64,000 nt of DNA from Podarcis bocagei. Taxonomy: Eukaryota. The translations under genes and the position numbers were made by a program. This document shows positions 49,521 through 62,699 of the stretch, piece by piece (position 1 is the first letter of the stretch; each line of letters begins with the position of its first letter). Under the pieces are notes generated by a model. The model was not told where the DNA came from, did no database searches, and saw only the letters and a program-made list of their open reading frames with translations. The stretch lies in NCBI GenBank assembly GCA_964188305.1, contig OZ076888.1, one strand, 5' to 3'.

Positions 49521-50648
49521 TAAACTGGAAAAACTGGGTGGGGTAGACAGAAAGCTTGGATACAAAAGCATGTAATGTGTAGTTAGTATCTAAATGTTAC
49601 TACTTAAGATTACAGTCAGTTTAGTTCTGTGCAAGGCCGAATGCTTTAAAAAAAACACCCAAACCTCTTACAATATCTGTAATAGTAATTACCAATGATT
49701 CATGTCCCATGGAGTTTGCTATGAATGCAATAGAAAATTCACAATGTCTGCCAAGTGGGTTACACAGCCTGGACAGTATAGAATCCTACCTTGTTCACTG
49801 TTCTCACCAATGGTAATGCCACTTGATTTTTATTAATATTAAATATTAGATTTAACAGTTGCATAGCAACAGTAGAAGAGCTTATATGTAACACTTGTCA
49901 CCAAAAACGCCAAATAAGGCAAGAATGAATATATTCAAAAATTATTTTAAAGGACTTGGCATAATGCAGCAGCAAACAACATGCAGCAAGAAGCAACACA
50001 GAAATGAAGGGATATGACCTGCCTGTTACTTTCAATCACTTAAGAGTCCAGAAAAAGCATGTGCACGTATCGGCAACAAATACCCTGAAAAGATCTTGAA
50101 TAATGAGATCCTGGCTAGTTTTTACTAGGATTTGTCTCAATCACTCTTAGGAGATAGGAGAGAACATTCCTTTCTCCAATGATATTTTCCTTCCTTCCCT
50201 ATTTGACAGATTATGTTTTCTCTATATTTCAAAGGAAAAGAATTAACATGGCTGTCTGTTAAATTCCTGGATTCATACCTTCATCATTCACATGCATGTT
50301 TGATCATTTACAGCTGCTGAAGAGAAGCAGTTGTACAACAGTGACAAGCATAAGAGCACAGGAATTGTAAGAGACTCAGGATGTTTCAATTTTGATATTT
50401 TTCACAACATTTCACAACTGATTTTACGTAAAAAGACTTGGCAATAAGAGAAGGCCATTTACAATGAAAAACAGGCTTGCTGGTGTTTTCCTTCTACAAA
50501 AATGAGTAAGGGTATCTGGATTTTCTAAAAGTTTCCTCTACAAGAAATTAGCGATTATCTACTGTAGAAGGATTGATTATTGTAAGAGTTGCTTGAAAGG
50601 AAACTGTATCTTGATACATGCATCTACACACATTTTCTTGCACTTTGG

Positions 50649-50650
<2 letters not shown>

Positions 50651-50690
<40 letters not shown>

Positions 50691-51219
50691 TGATAATGAT
50701 AATAATAATAATAATAATAATAATTTATTTGTACCCAGCCACTCTGGGCGGCTTCCAACAAAGACTAAAAATACATTAAAATGTCACAAATTAAAAACTT
50801 CCCTAAACAGGGCTGCCTTCAGATGTCTTCTAAATGTCAGGTAGTTGTTTATCTCTTTGACATCCGATGGGAAGGTGTTCCACAGGGTGGGCACCACTAC
50901 CAAGAAGGCTCTCTGCCTGGTTCCCTGTAGCTTTGCTTCTTGCAGTGAGGGAACCCTCAGAAGGCCCTTGGCGCTGGACCTCAGTGTCCGGGCAGAACAA
51001 TGGGGGTAGAGAAGCTCCTTCAGGTATACTGGGCCAAAGCCGTTTAGGGCTTTAAAGGTCAGCACCAACACTTTGAATTGTGCTCAGAAATGTAATGGGA
51101 GCCAATGTAGGTCTTTCAGGACTGGTGTTATATGGTCTTGGAAGCCACTCCCAGTCACCAATCTAGCTGCCGCATTCTGGATTAGTTGTAGTTTCCGGGT
51201 CACCTTCAAAGGTAGCCCA
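50651..51219 (-). mobile_element. 5'-truncated L2 LINE with (TTA)n tail
   Basis: Translates to GLPLKVTRKLQLIQNAAARLVT...HITPVLKDLHWLP and KALNGFGPVYLKE...RAFLVVVPTLWN. Confidence 0.88.
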
Positions 51220-52454
51220 TTAAGCAGCTCTTTTTTCAAACTAAATTGATCTTGGTTTTTGAAAAACAACTTAAAACAATTTGCATAGTTAAATTTGGTA
51301 GTAAATAAATTTCACTGTGGGGTGTGGGGGTGCGCGCGCGCATATATGCACCTAGAATATGAAAACTGGCCATTTCCCCTATTATCTAACCTTGTATTTT
51401 AGGCTAATGGTTTAATGACCTGTTTCCCTTCTTTGATAATTAAATCTTTTGGAAAATTTTGATGTACACATGCACACACACATTGCATCATGTAGGCTAA
51501 AACAAACACAGTTCCTTTAGCTTTTCCTAGTGTAATGTGTTGCATTATCATCTTCTAAGCTCAACACAGTTCAGCACAGAATCTAGGCTGGCACTGGTCT
51601 TTTGAGTCCAATTCATCACACTGAAGACTCATAAACCCTAAAATATCTCTCAATTGCTTTACTTAGCCAGTTATCTCTTATTGCATACCCTGGCTTTACA
51701 TAGCCATTTGTCTAGTCACCTGTAATGAGCAAACACTATAAAAAGAGGGAGACTGGGTACCTACACAAGTTCACAATGGAAATAGGATTACTTTGTGGCA
51801 CAGAATAAAATGCTCTATTACAGCCCTTTAGAGACTAGACAGAAAGCCCTCTCTCTGAGTCCTAGAACCCCTTCTACTCCTCCTGGAGTGTTCCCTAGCC
51901 ACCGAAGAGCAGAAACCAAGCAGCTTAGTCCTTTCCTTCCAAACTTCATATAAGAAGTCTCAAATGTCTGTCAAGAAACACTGTTTTTCGCTGGGTTTCA
52001 CATGAGAGACTGCATGTGAGCCAAGCCAGCCTGTTTCCTTTCCAGAAAAGTGAAGATTGGAATGCTAGCCAAGCCAGGGAATATGAGCCTAGGTTTGCTT
52101 CTCAGAACGTGTTGTGTCATAATGTGTTCTCAGTGATGTGGAGTAGATGGCAAAGGCAGCTGCAAGAAATTAATGGACTTATCATTGGTTCTTTCAAACT
52201 GTACAGAATACAGAACACCTTTAGGTATATGACTCAAACTAGTAATCTGCTATAATATTGTTCTTACAAAGTTGCAGTAAGAGCTTTGTGCTACTATTCT
52301 TGCTTCTCACTTGCCTCAGATTACTCAGTCTTCTGTATCAAGTGGAATAAACTCACAAATTTTTGATATACTTACACACTCACATTCAAAGAACTAACAT
52401 GCAAATGGGTAGAAAAGGTTCTTTCCTTTCATGTATTTTCTGAAGACCATGAAA

Positions 52455-53020
52455 ATAAGAACACTGCTGGACCACATCAACTGTATTTCTAGGCTACCAC
52501 AGTGTTTCCCAAGGTGGCCAACCAGGTGCCTGTGGGAAGGCCAAAAGCAGGACGTGAGAGCAATTCCCATTCTCATTGTTATTTCTCAGCAACTAGGATT
52601 CAAAGGCATGCCACCTCTGATCCTGGAAGTAATGTTTAGCCACCAGGACTAGTAGCAATTCGTACTAGTATGATGAGAGAGAAAATTTCCACACCATGCA
52701 TAACATTATGCACTTCTATCATCCCCCACTAACTCACCTTTTTTCTAAACTAAACAGAACCTAACGTTCAAACTTGTCCTCATAAGAGTTGTTCTAGCTC
52801 TATGGCTGCACCATAGATTTGTACAGACACGTCGAGATCACAAGGGGTTTTAATTTTTGTCTCTTTCCTGCTGATCTCCAACACGGAATTTGCCTTTTTC
52901 ACAGCTGCAGTACACTGGATGGTCCCAAAGCTCTCCATCACAACCCCAAGATCCTGTTTCTCATCATTTACTAGCAGCTCGGTCTCCATCACTGCATATA
53001 TATGAAGTTACAGAAAGCTG
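52455..53020 (-). mobile_element. CR1 LINE 3' fragment
   Basis: ORF 52780..52992 EKQDLGVVM...QCTAAVKKANSVL is the CR1 RT C-terminal motif; CR1-type tail near 52455. Confidence 0.75.
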
Positions 53021-53772
53021 TGGCACTGAGTGGGTAGAGCGTATGTGAAGCATTCTCCACACAGGCCATGTGGTTCTTCCCCAGTACTTTAGGCAATTTA
53101 ATACAATCCACCCAGTAACAACTCCACAGGCAGTCCAACGCACTCACCAAACCAAAGGCCAAGACTTCACTCATTAATAGATGGCGGCAGTGCGTCAGGG
53201 TGCATTGAGAGATACCATAGGCTTGCTAGGGGAATGAGGAGTCAGTCAATGTGGCAAGCTTTCCCTTCGGCAGACGGATTTATCTCCAGCTGACCAAGCA
53301 TACTCTTGCTAACTTTTAATCTAAAGGGAAATTGCAAAACATGTTCCAATGACTACTGCCCAACAAAGCATCTAGACAGGATATGTAGTCAAACTCTAGT
53401 TATTCTCAATAAGAAACTATTACAAAGTTTGTGTTGTATGCTTCAAAAAGATTTACAGTATGTATAAAGTGGGATACCAGTCACAACTTCATACATATAA
53501 AGATGCTACACCTAAGAAAGAGGTAAAACAACAAAGCTACAGAACACCTGCAGCTGGCACCAACTCCCACTCTCCTTTGCTGCTTAGGAGCAGCAAGTAC
53601 ACTACAAGACATGTATAAGAGGTGGGGCCTCAGTTTTTACTTCAGTATTAGCAAATAGGATACAAGGGAATCAACATTCTAATCCAGCACACATAGGTAC
53701 CGTACTTTTCCGTGTATAAAAGTAGGGTTTTTTTACTTTAAAATAAGGTTAAAAATCTGGGGGCGTCTTATA

Positions 53773-54967
53773 CAGTGGTACCCCGCAAGACGAACGCCTC
53801 GCAAGACGGAAAACCCGCTAGACGAAAGGGTTTTCCGTTTTGGAGGCGCTTCGCAAAACGAATTTCTCTATGGGCTTGCCTCGCAAGACGACAGCCCATA
53901 GGGAAATCTCCGGGACAGCGGGGAAGCGCAGCGCGTCTTCCCCACTGTCCTCGGACCTCCGCCCGCTGCGCGGCATCGGAACGAAGCTCCGATGCCGGGC
54001 GGCGGGGGGGGGAACGCCTCCTCCCGCCGCGCGGCATCGGAACGAAGCTCCGATGCCGGGCGGCGGGGGGGGAACGCCTCCTCCCGCCGCGCGGCATCGG
54101 AACGAAGCTCCGATGCCGGGCGGCGGGGGGGGAACGCCTCCTCCCGCAGCGCGGCATCGGAACGAAGCTCCGATGCCGGGCGGCGGGGGGGAACGCCTCC
54201 TCCCGCCGCGCGGCATCGGAACGAAGCTCCGATGCCGGGCGGCGGGGGGGGGAACGCCTCCTCCCGCAGCGCGGCATCGGAACGAAGCTCCGATGCCGGG
54301 CGGCGGGGGGGGAACGCCTCCTCCCGCAGCGCGGCATCGGAACGAAGCTCCGATGCCGGGCGGCGGGGGGGGGGAACGCCTCCTCCCGCAGCGCGGCATC
54401 GGAACGAAGCTCCGATGCCGGGCGGCGGGGGGGGAACGCCTCCTCCCGCCGCGCGGCATCGGAACGAAGCTCCGATGCCGGGCGGCGGGGGGGGGAACGC
54501 CTCCTCCCGCAGCGCGGCATCGGAACGAAGCTCCGATGCCGGGCGGCGGGGGGGGAACGCCTCCTCCCGCCGCGCGGCATCGGAACGAAGCTCCGATGCT
54601 GCCGCACGGCATCGGATGGCTTTCCTGAAGACTTGGGGTGGGAGGAGGGTTTTCCTTCCCACCGCCAACATTCAGAATGCTGTTCTGAATGTTTGCGATG
54701 GGGAGGAAAAACCCTCCTCCCACGCAAGCCCCGGGAACAGAGGGAAAGCGCTGCGCGCCTTCCCCTCTGTTCCCGTACCTGTCCTGAAGGCTTGCGGTGC
54801 GGAGAAAAGCCCTTCTCCGCACCACCAGCCTGGCAAGCGGTTTCCCTAGGAACGCATTAATTGATTTTCAATGCATTCCTATGGGAAACCGTGCTTCGCA
54901 AGACGAAAAACTCGCAAGAAGAAAAAACTTGCGGAACCAATTAATTTCGTCTTGCGAGGCACCACTG
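53773..54967. mobile_element. Tc1/mariner-type MITE, family A copy 2, inverted relative to 31513-32478
   Basis: TA TSD at 53771 and 54968; non-array arms differ from copy 1 by only scattered substitutions. Confidence 0.92.
53969..54617. repeat. Hairpin minisatellite, 11 units of about 60 bp
   Basis: Unit CGGCATCGGAACGAAGCTCCGATGCCGGGCGGC(G)nAACGCCTCCTCCCGC[C/A]GCG. Confidence 0.93.
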
Positions 54968-55111
54968 TACACGGATAGTGCAGGTGTCCATTTTCTAAAT
55001 TTGGGGTCCCCCAAAATAGGGGGAATCTTATACATGGGAGCATCTTATAAATGGAAAAATACAGTAATTATCAAAACAACTGATTACATGGGGGGAGACA
55101 GGGCCTTGCCA

Positions 55112-55277
55112 ACATAGTGTAGTGGACACAGGTTGGCTTTGGACCAAAGACATGGGTCCCACTGTCATAAAGCTCACTCGCAACCTAACCTCATTTACAG
55201 TGTTGTTTGGGATAATTCCACCATGTATGTCATCCTGAGTTCCTTGGAACAAAAGCAGAATACAAGTGTGAATAAAG
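55112..55277 (+). mobile_element. Degenerate tRNA-derived SINE (Squam3-like)
   Basis: Similar to 58205-58410 (tagtgtagtgg...aagctcact...acctaacctca...aataaa). Confidence 0.45.
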
Positions 55278-56399
55278 ACAGCGCTTTGAAAGGGTGCTCA
55301 CAGCCCCAGATACACACAATCCTGACATGAGAGTGCGCCTATCTTTTAAATCTAATAGTTCCACAGTTGTTGAAGTCTGACTTCACTGTTCTTGCAAATT
55401 TAGTATGTAGATATGTTGGCTCCTTTGGGTAAAGCAATTTTGTAACTTTTGGCTCTGTTCATCAAGAGATAAACTGCCTTTGTTATTTCTGTAGAGATTA
55501 TTCAAAATGAAGAACTTAACACCAAAATGTATATATGTAATGCATATATATTATAAATACATGTAGGAATGTGACCTTAGCAAGTGGTAAGATTTCATAT
55601 AAATGATTGTGTGAAAACAGGATAGATGTTTATCAGGAATTGTGTAAATTAATTCATTCGGCCTCAGGGCAGGACATGAGTTACATTAACTCCATGAGTG
55701 TCTTTGAATTCTTCCAAGAGATTCACATCAGCATCACTTCCACCTTCACTAAGATCCTATTAATGACAAACATCTAATATAGATGTTGTATAGCCTCTAA
55801 GGATCATATCGACTTCTCACTTTAAGAACATCCTTCACATAAATTGCACATAAATCCTATGTACACAGCTACATGTGCCAAATGCACACACTTCAGTATA
55901 TGCAACATAAGTTATACATATTAATAATCATATGTGATGAACATGTACACAGTTTTTTTTATTTAAAAAGAAGCATTAATGTTGCAAAGATATGCTTGGA
56001 AATGTGTGGGTGTTGCTTGTTGAAATGTCGTAAGCTAGAGGAATTGCAGAATATGATTTCCAGTAGTTAAGAGAACAGCACTTCAGCACACTGTAAAGCT
56101 TTGTGCCTTCTCCATGACAAACAAAAAACAATGTAAGTTATGCAGGAGAGTAAAAATTGCAGAATTATGCAAAGTGCAGTAAGAGGAATCATGCATATCT
56201 GCTGAATATTCAGAATTTATAGAAGTTGTAGAATTCAGCTTCCCTTATTACAAGAAAGAGAGAATGAGAAAAGCGAAACACATTCAGCCTCTTACTGAAA
56301 ACATTCAGTCTCTTCTAAAAATATATTATATAGCAAAGCATTCAAAGTGTTTCATCTTTATATACACACCTTGAATACAGATATTTTTTATAGTAAAAC

Positions 56400-56538
56400 A
56401 GCATTATTACCCCATGTTGTGGTTAGGTGCTAAGGCTGAGAGAATGTGACTTGCCTAAAGCCATCAAAATTCAAGATTTGAATAAAGGGCTTCCTAATTT
56501 GTAGCTCAGTCTCTTAGTCGCTATACCACCCCAGCTCT
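56400..56538 (-). mobile_element. MIR/CORE-SINE remnant
   Basis: attattacccc...aggctgagaga...gtgacttgcctaa...gatttgaa...gctatacc follows the MIR layout. Confidence 0.55.
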
Positions 56539-58204
56539 CTGCTGACATCATGTAATCACCCGCACATCCCTATGCAAAAACCTAATTGACATGGATGAAA
56601 CAAATCTGCAGATCCTAGGTAATCGTTGCCTTTACCTTCACATGAAGTGGTAATTGCTTTGGCAGACTGTGTCTTAATCTTCTAGATTTGAAGGGGGTGG
56701 GGAGCAAAAAACCAACACATCCTTTGGCTTTATGTACTTTTGACTTTTAATCTACCTAACTGTAAACGCTTTTCTCTCACTTTCTACACCCAATCAACAA
56801 CCTCTTCTACTCAGCATACAAGATATAACTACTGTCCCTTCATCATGCTCACAGAAAAAGCATAATGGATTATTAGAGGAATATTGCATTTTTCTCCATT
56901 TGCTTTAATAATATTTAGACTAGAAACAAAGATTCTTAAATAAGAGATTATTCTGCTGCCCAGACACAACTTCACAGGCCACAGTCAAGGATTTTACTTT
57001 TTTTATTACAAGTGTCTGATTCTCTTTACATGCAACAGCAAATGCAGTCTTATGAATTCAACAATATGGAAGCCAGAATTTCTAAAGCACCATGCACAGC
57101 AGAGTTCTTTTACTAGTTCTGCGCTGTTCTGCCTAAGACCCCTGCTGGCAGTCTGCATATTCTTTACACTGGATAATAACAGTTTTACTTCTCATTTAAA
57201 ATTAGTTAAGAGTGGTCCAATAGAATGAAATCTAATTTCTTCCTGCACAGCCATAGCAAGAACTGACCAGTGAAATCCATTCCTAGAAGTAACAGCAGCC
57301 TTTTTAGGACTAATGGCTTCTAAATTGTCTGGGCTGGTACTGTCAGCCAATCCAAAAATTGTGATTGTGAGGGTCTTCCCCACTGCTGGCTTGTTAGAAG
57401 CAAGTACCTCTGCCCAACACCAACAGAAGTTCTCCCCCTGCCCAACCTTTCCTGCAAGCCAGAAGCTTGTGAATTTCAGCCAATGCTTAGTGAGAGAGCT
57501 CTGGGCCTTCCACCAAGCAAAGGCTCAAGAAACATCCCCACCTTCCTCTCCTTCAGGGAACATGCAAACTACTCAGCAGGGGACCACCATCATCAAGCAG
57601 TGGCTGGAACCCCTACCACCTCTTTCTTGCAGAAAAGAGTGCTTAGGATCATGTCAGCTTTATCAGCTGCTCAGAAGCTGAGCTCCGGGTCTGTCTCCCA
57701 AGCAACAACTGTAAAGGCCTCTTTATCTTGTGGGAAAGAGAGGCAGGAATGTGTGGGATTCAGCTGGTGAAGGCAACAGCACTTGCTTTCAAATAGCACC
57801 CAAGACGTCCATAAGCAGGAAGGGAGAGGTATTGCTGGTTTGTCCCTCTGGGACCAAGAACTCCAGGGGGCTTGGATAAGTGTTAGAAACTCAGATATAT
57901 AAGCCAATTGACAAAAGGCACTTTAAACCTAGGTTATGGTCGTGTGTTTGTTGTTGTTAACTTCATTTCTATACCACATTTCTATACTACATTTCTATAC
58001 CACTATACCACACATATGAGATTTTTTTTTAAAATCTCAAAGTGGTTTACAACTCATTAAAACATCAAATAAAACAATCCAGAATAAAACAAATTCAAGA
58101 TCCAAGGAAAATATTTAATATCCTTCTCTAAGAATTGTTTTGCTTTCCCAATATTTATTTACCAATTTAATTTATACAGCAGCCCAATAGCAGAAGTACT
58201 CTAG

Positions 58205-58410
58205 GAAGCCAGTATGGTATAGCGGTCAGAGTGTGGACCTGGGAGATTAGAGTTCAAATCCCCACTCAGTCATGAAGCTCACTGGGTGACCTTGGACAAG
58301 TCACAGCCTCTTAACCTAACCTCACAGGGTCATTGTAGGGATTGACTGAGGAGGAGGGTGAACCATGTAGTCTTTGGAGAAAAGGGTGGGATATAAATGC
58401 AGTAAATAAG
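58205..58410 (+). mobile_element. tRNA-derived SINE (Squam3-like)
   Basis: A box tggtatagcgg, B box gagttcaaatcc, core ctcactgggtgaccttgg and a taaataa tail. Confidence 0.7.
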
Positions 58411-60946
58411 CTCTTCTGCTTACCTGCTCAAGAAAACTGGAGGAGCAAGCCAGATGGAGATGTAAGTTGCCAACCTGGCATCCACAGATCTCCACATGGT
58501 CGCAATTGGACCTGCACCAGTCACAAAATGCGCCTGGTGAATTTCTAGCACAGGCTTGAATCACACAACTTCAATACCATCCCTAGCCTTCCTCCCAACT
58601 TTAGAGAGGTGAAGGGGGCAAAGATTGCCTGGACATTTCTGGGATGATCCTTCCCCATTCCCTGGTTTTCAAAGTTGGGAGGAAAGCTGGCCACTCCTCA
58701 TGCTTGCTAGAGGGTGGTGCCACACTTGCCAATGCAAGAGTAATAGCTGAATCCTGCTCTGCTTGAAGCAGCAGATACCATTTCTCCCTACCTGCCTCAG
58801 CAAAAGAATAGGAAACAGTTGGTGGCATTGGATGAAAGAGCAAATGGGCGCATCTCTCTCAGTCAGCCAGCAATTTGTCATTCAGGACTTTCTTGTGTAG
58901 TTACCAGAATGAACGCCTTTACATGCATTTATATTGCTGACATTCTTATGGTCAGCAAGGATAAGTGCAAATTAAAAGCTTATTAACACATGGTGATTTT
59001 AACAGGAACAAAGGAATCACACACATGGAAGGATTTATTAATCCATAGAAATCATCCCTGCGCTAGACAAATATAGGGCTTCCCTTCCCTGGGTAGCAAA
59101 ATATAACACACACACAAAAAGAGGAACTCTGGCCTGATGGCACAGCATGCAGTGTAGTGAGAAGTTTAAAATATCTAGCATGTGCCATTCTTGTCAGTAG
59201 TGTAAATCAACATCCAGGAAGAGGTTATACATTATAATTCCCACTGCTTGATTGGTTGTACTTTGCACCCCAGTATGAGATGAGCTCTCATACTTGTCCC
59301 ATGGGAACAAGAACCCTGAACTACTCTGAGTAGACCCACCGATATTAATGAACATTACTTCATTAGGTACATTCATTTCAGTGTGTCTACTCTTAAGTAA
59401 AACTTAGTTGACTATTACCCCTGAGTTTTTTACTCACATCAGCCCTGCTTAACATATAATGAAGCTCCAGATAAAAGTATCTTGTATTAAAATGTGAAAA
59501 AATGGGGTGAAGCTGCAACAATAGAATGTATAACTCTGTTCGTAAACAGGGCTCCGGACTTCATACCAACTTCTAAGCACATCTATTTTCAAGCCCAAAA
59601 TTTAAAGCCCAAAACAATGGAAGGCAAGATTCTCAACATGAATTTTGAGCCAGAGTTACCCCTGCACAGCCCTGTGTATTATCTTCACATTAGTAATCTT
59701 CAATACTCATATAAAAAAGAAGAGACCTATGAACATATCACATGTGAAAGGGAGGGGGGTCAAGTAAAGTTTGCTCTGGGAGGCTAATTTACTTTCCCCA
59801 TCTTGTGATCCTTCAAGCTGCAAGGAAGCAGCCCCACTTTGTTTGGAAGGGTAGCTTGGCCTCAGAGAGTATACATCCAATTTCCCCTATATTTGGTCCC
59901 TAGGCAGCTGGCCATTTGCCAAAACTCTTTAGCCTAACTCCCAGCACCAGCTGGCTAAGGGCTCTTGCATACATGCTGCTCCCTGCTGCCAACATTCCCT
60001 GGCAGCCTGCAAAGAAAACCATCAGCTTCCACTTGTTTGGGGGGTTGAGGAAGAGATGGAGGGTCATTTGCATCCTAATGCTTTTTCCACAAAGGTAGGA
60101 GATCTGAAAATTCTGATGTGGCCATCTCTTGTCTTGTCCTACTGCCCTATCCCAAGCACACATACATAATTTAAAACCTTAATTTACTAAGAAAACGGGG
60201 GGGGGGGCAGGGAGAAAGCAAGGCAAATAAGAGGATTTCCCCCCTCCTCTAACTTTCCACCCCAAAACCCTCACTGACAGACATGCCAGGGACTAATTTT
60301 TCCAGAGAGGTAGCTGTGTTAGTCTGTTGCACCAAGAAGAACAGAGTCCTGTGGCACCTTAAAAAGAATAATTGTGAGATCTGAGTTGGCAAATATTAGT
60401 GTATACACAAAGGTTAGGGAAAATAAATATATAAAGTGGGAGCTAAATGGCAATGTGGTGCAAAAAATACAATCAGTGGTAATTCAACCAGAGCTTAGAT
60501 GTATGTTAAACAGGCACAATATAGGAAAGCATTGTGTCTATTCAAACCAAATTAATGTTACTGAGGCATGGAGCCAGCTCTGGAAAGGGCTTGGAGCCCT
60601 TCTGTAATCAAGGCCAAATACAACTGTGAATTGCATGAGCATTATGCTAGAAATCATTCTAGCCCACTCTTATCCCTGCTCATTGGGGCCAAACTGTTGT
60701 GGCACACAAAGTATAAGAGGCTTCACTTTCTCAGCCCTTTTGTCCCTGATATTTGCCTCAGATCCTATTCTACTCTGCTCCTTGGCTGGACCTGATCTGC
60801 CTTGCTCCTTTAAATCCATCTAGGCTTGGTGGCTCCAGCTTTGACCAGAAAAGGGCACAGAGCTCCAGAGAAGGAATGCCAAGTGCCCCAGAATTGCCAC
60901 TGAAACCACAAGTTAATCACTGCACATTGCTCTTTATTTACAATAA

Positions 60947-61095
60947 ACTCACTGGGTGACCTTGGGCCAATCAGTCTCTCATCCTTCCCTACCTTCTATG
61001 GTCGCTGTGGGGATAAAACAAGGAAGAAGACAATCATGTACATCACCTTGTGTTCTTTGGAGGAAAGGTAGGATATAAATATAATTAATTAATTC
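60947..61095 (+). mobile_element. 5'-truncated Squam3-like SINE
   Basis: ctcactgggtgaccttgggcc...ggaggaaaggtaggatataaat matches the 3' half of 58205-58410. Confidence 0.6.
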
Positions 61096-62699
61096 ATTCA
61101 TTAATTAATACTATTCTATGCATGGTGTGGCATTTTATAAAACTATCTTCTCTAAACTGCTTTCTGGTTCTATTCCCTTAGCGTACAGCCCCTCTCATCT
61201 GCTGCAGTGATATGCACAATCTTACTGCAATGCTACTGTTCCCCAATCACCCTTCCATCTCCTTCTTTCCTTTACCCATTCACAACTCTCTGCTTTTTTC
61301 AACCACTTTCAAATACTCCACTGGTTCATTCATTCCTCCTCACCACAGATTTCTGCATCTTGAACTTAACCATTTTTCCACTCACCCCATACAATATTTC
61401 ATTCACTCCTGTTAAACACTTCCAAACAAAATATATGAGAGATTCGTGTCATTTCCACTTAAGAGATATCAGGCAGCAGAGACAGGAAAAACTATCAGTG
61501 CTTGATGTTGGAGAACCTCTGCCGGTAACTAGATGGACCAGTGGTGTGTCAAAGAATAGGAAGTTGGTAAGTAGCAATTGCCCCTGGACAAGCAGCCAAA
61601 TGGCAAAAAGGACCACATCCCATGCTTCCCCTTCACCCTCCCACTCCAATGAACTTCCCCTTTGACTGCATTGCCTGTTCACTTATTCTTATCACTGCCC
61701 CTTATGATTCCAGTTATAGCAGGACACCTCTATTATGTTTTCCTGTATGTATGTTTGCTTTCTCTTTCATTTCATGCTTTATGTGGAGACTGAACAAAGG
61801 GAAGCAAAAGATATTTCTGAAAAGTTATTGACAAAGCTAACATTACTGTTAAGAGAAAGTTCTAGGGATCTGACCATTTACAAACTGCTTTGCATAGCAT
61901 TTAGAATATGGTAGGGGAAGCATGTTTTCATCTTAGGCTGATTCAGCTATGCCCATCAAATTATTAAGTTTTCAGTCAATCCCTCACATTACAAAATAAA
62001 AAGAAATAAAGCAGACACCAAAGTCATGTATTTCATGCAATTTGCAGCTCTCCTACTCAAGATGGAGACTTTACTGAGAAAGACTGGTATTAAACTGTGG
62101 AGCACAGACTATTCTGAACCAAATAAAAATAATGGGAAAAACCAATGCCATTATTTTTGTGTTTTAGATATTAAAGTCTCTACAGACTAGAATCAGCTCA
62201 ACATATAGCCACTATTTAAAATTATCTTGCACAAAACACCTGAATGCAAACTATCTTATAATACCATAATCACAAAGTTTTTATTCCATTTTGGGGAAAC
62301 AGACACCTAAAATCAGACCCCCAAGTACATTTGGTTTTATTTTAGTTAAAAATACTGAGCTTTCTCAACTCTCATTTGATAAAGGGAACAGACAGTAGTC
62401 AGTGCTTCCAAGAACCTATCATATTGGGATTAATTAGGCACTAGGCTTTTGGCACACATTTTCAACATCTTGGCCAAACTTTACAGAAGCTCTGTAAGTT
62501 AACTTATTTTACTACTGCTATTTATAAAGTGCCACAATAGCCAATCATAGCCAAACAACCAACGTACAAATAGTTATTGGCAACATAACAAAGGAAGGAA
62601 AATGGTTTAAATATACTAACATCCTAGTCTTGGGGCATCCAGTCAAGCTACGCAAAGAGGTGTTTTTGTCCCTTGCATACTCCCAAATGTGGAAGTAGG

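Larger units (their letters stand above)
53700..55064. mobile_element. Older family-B-like MITE split by a nested family-A insertion
   Basis: Termini TA|CCGTACTTTTCCGTGTATAA and TTATAAATGGAAAAATACAG|TA; the host sequence gcgtcttaTAcacgg is interrupted at its TA. Confidence 0.75.
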
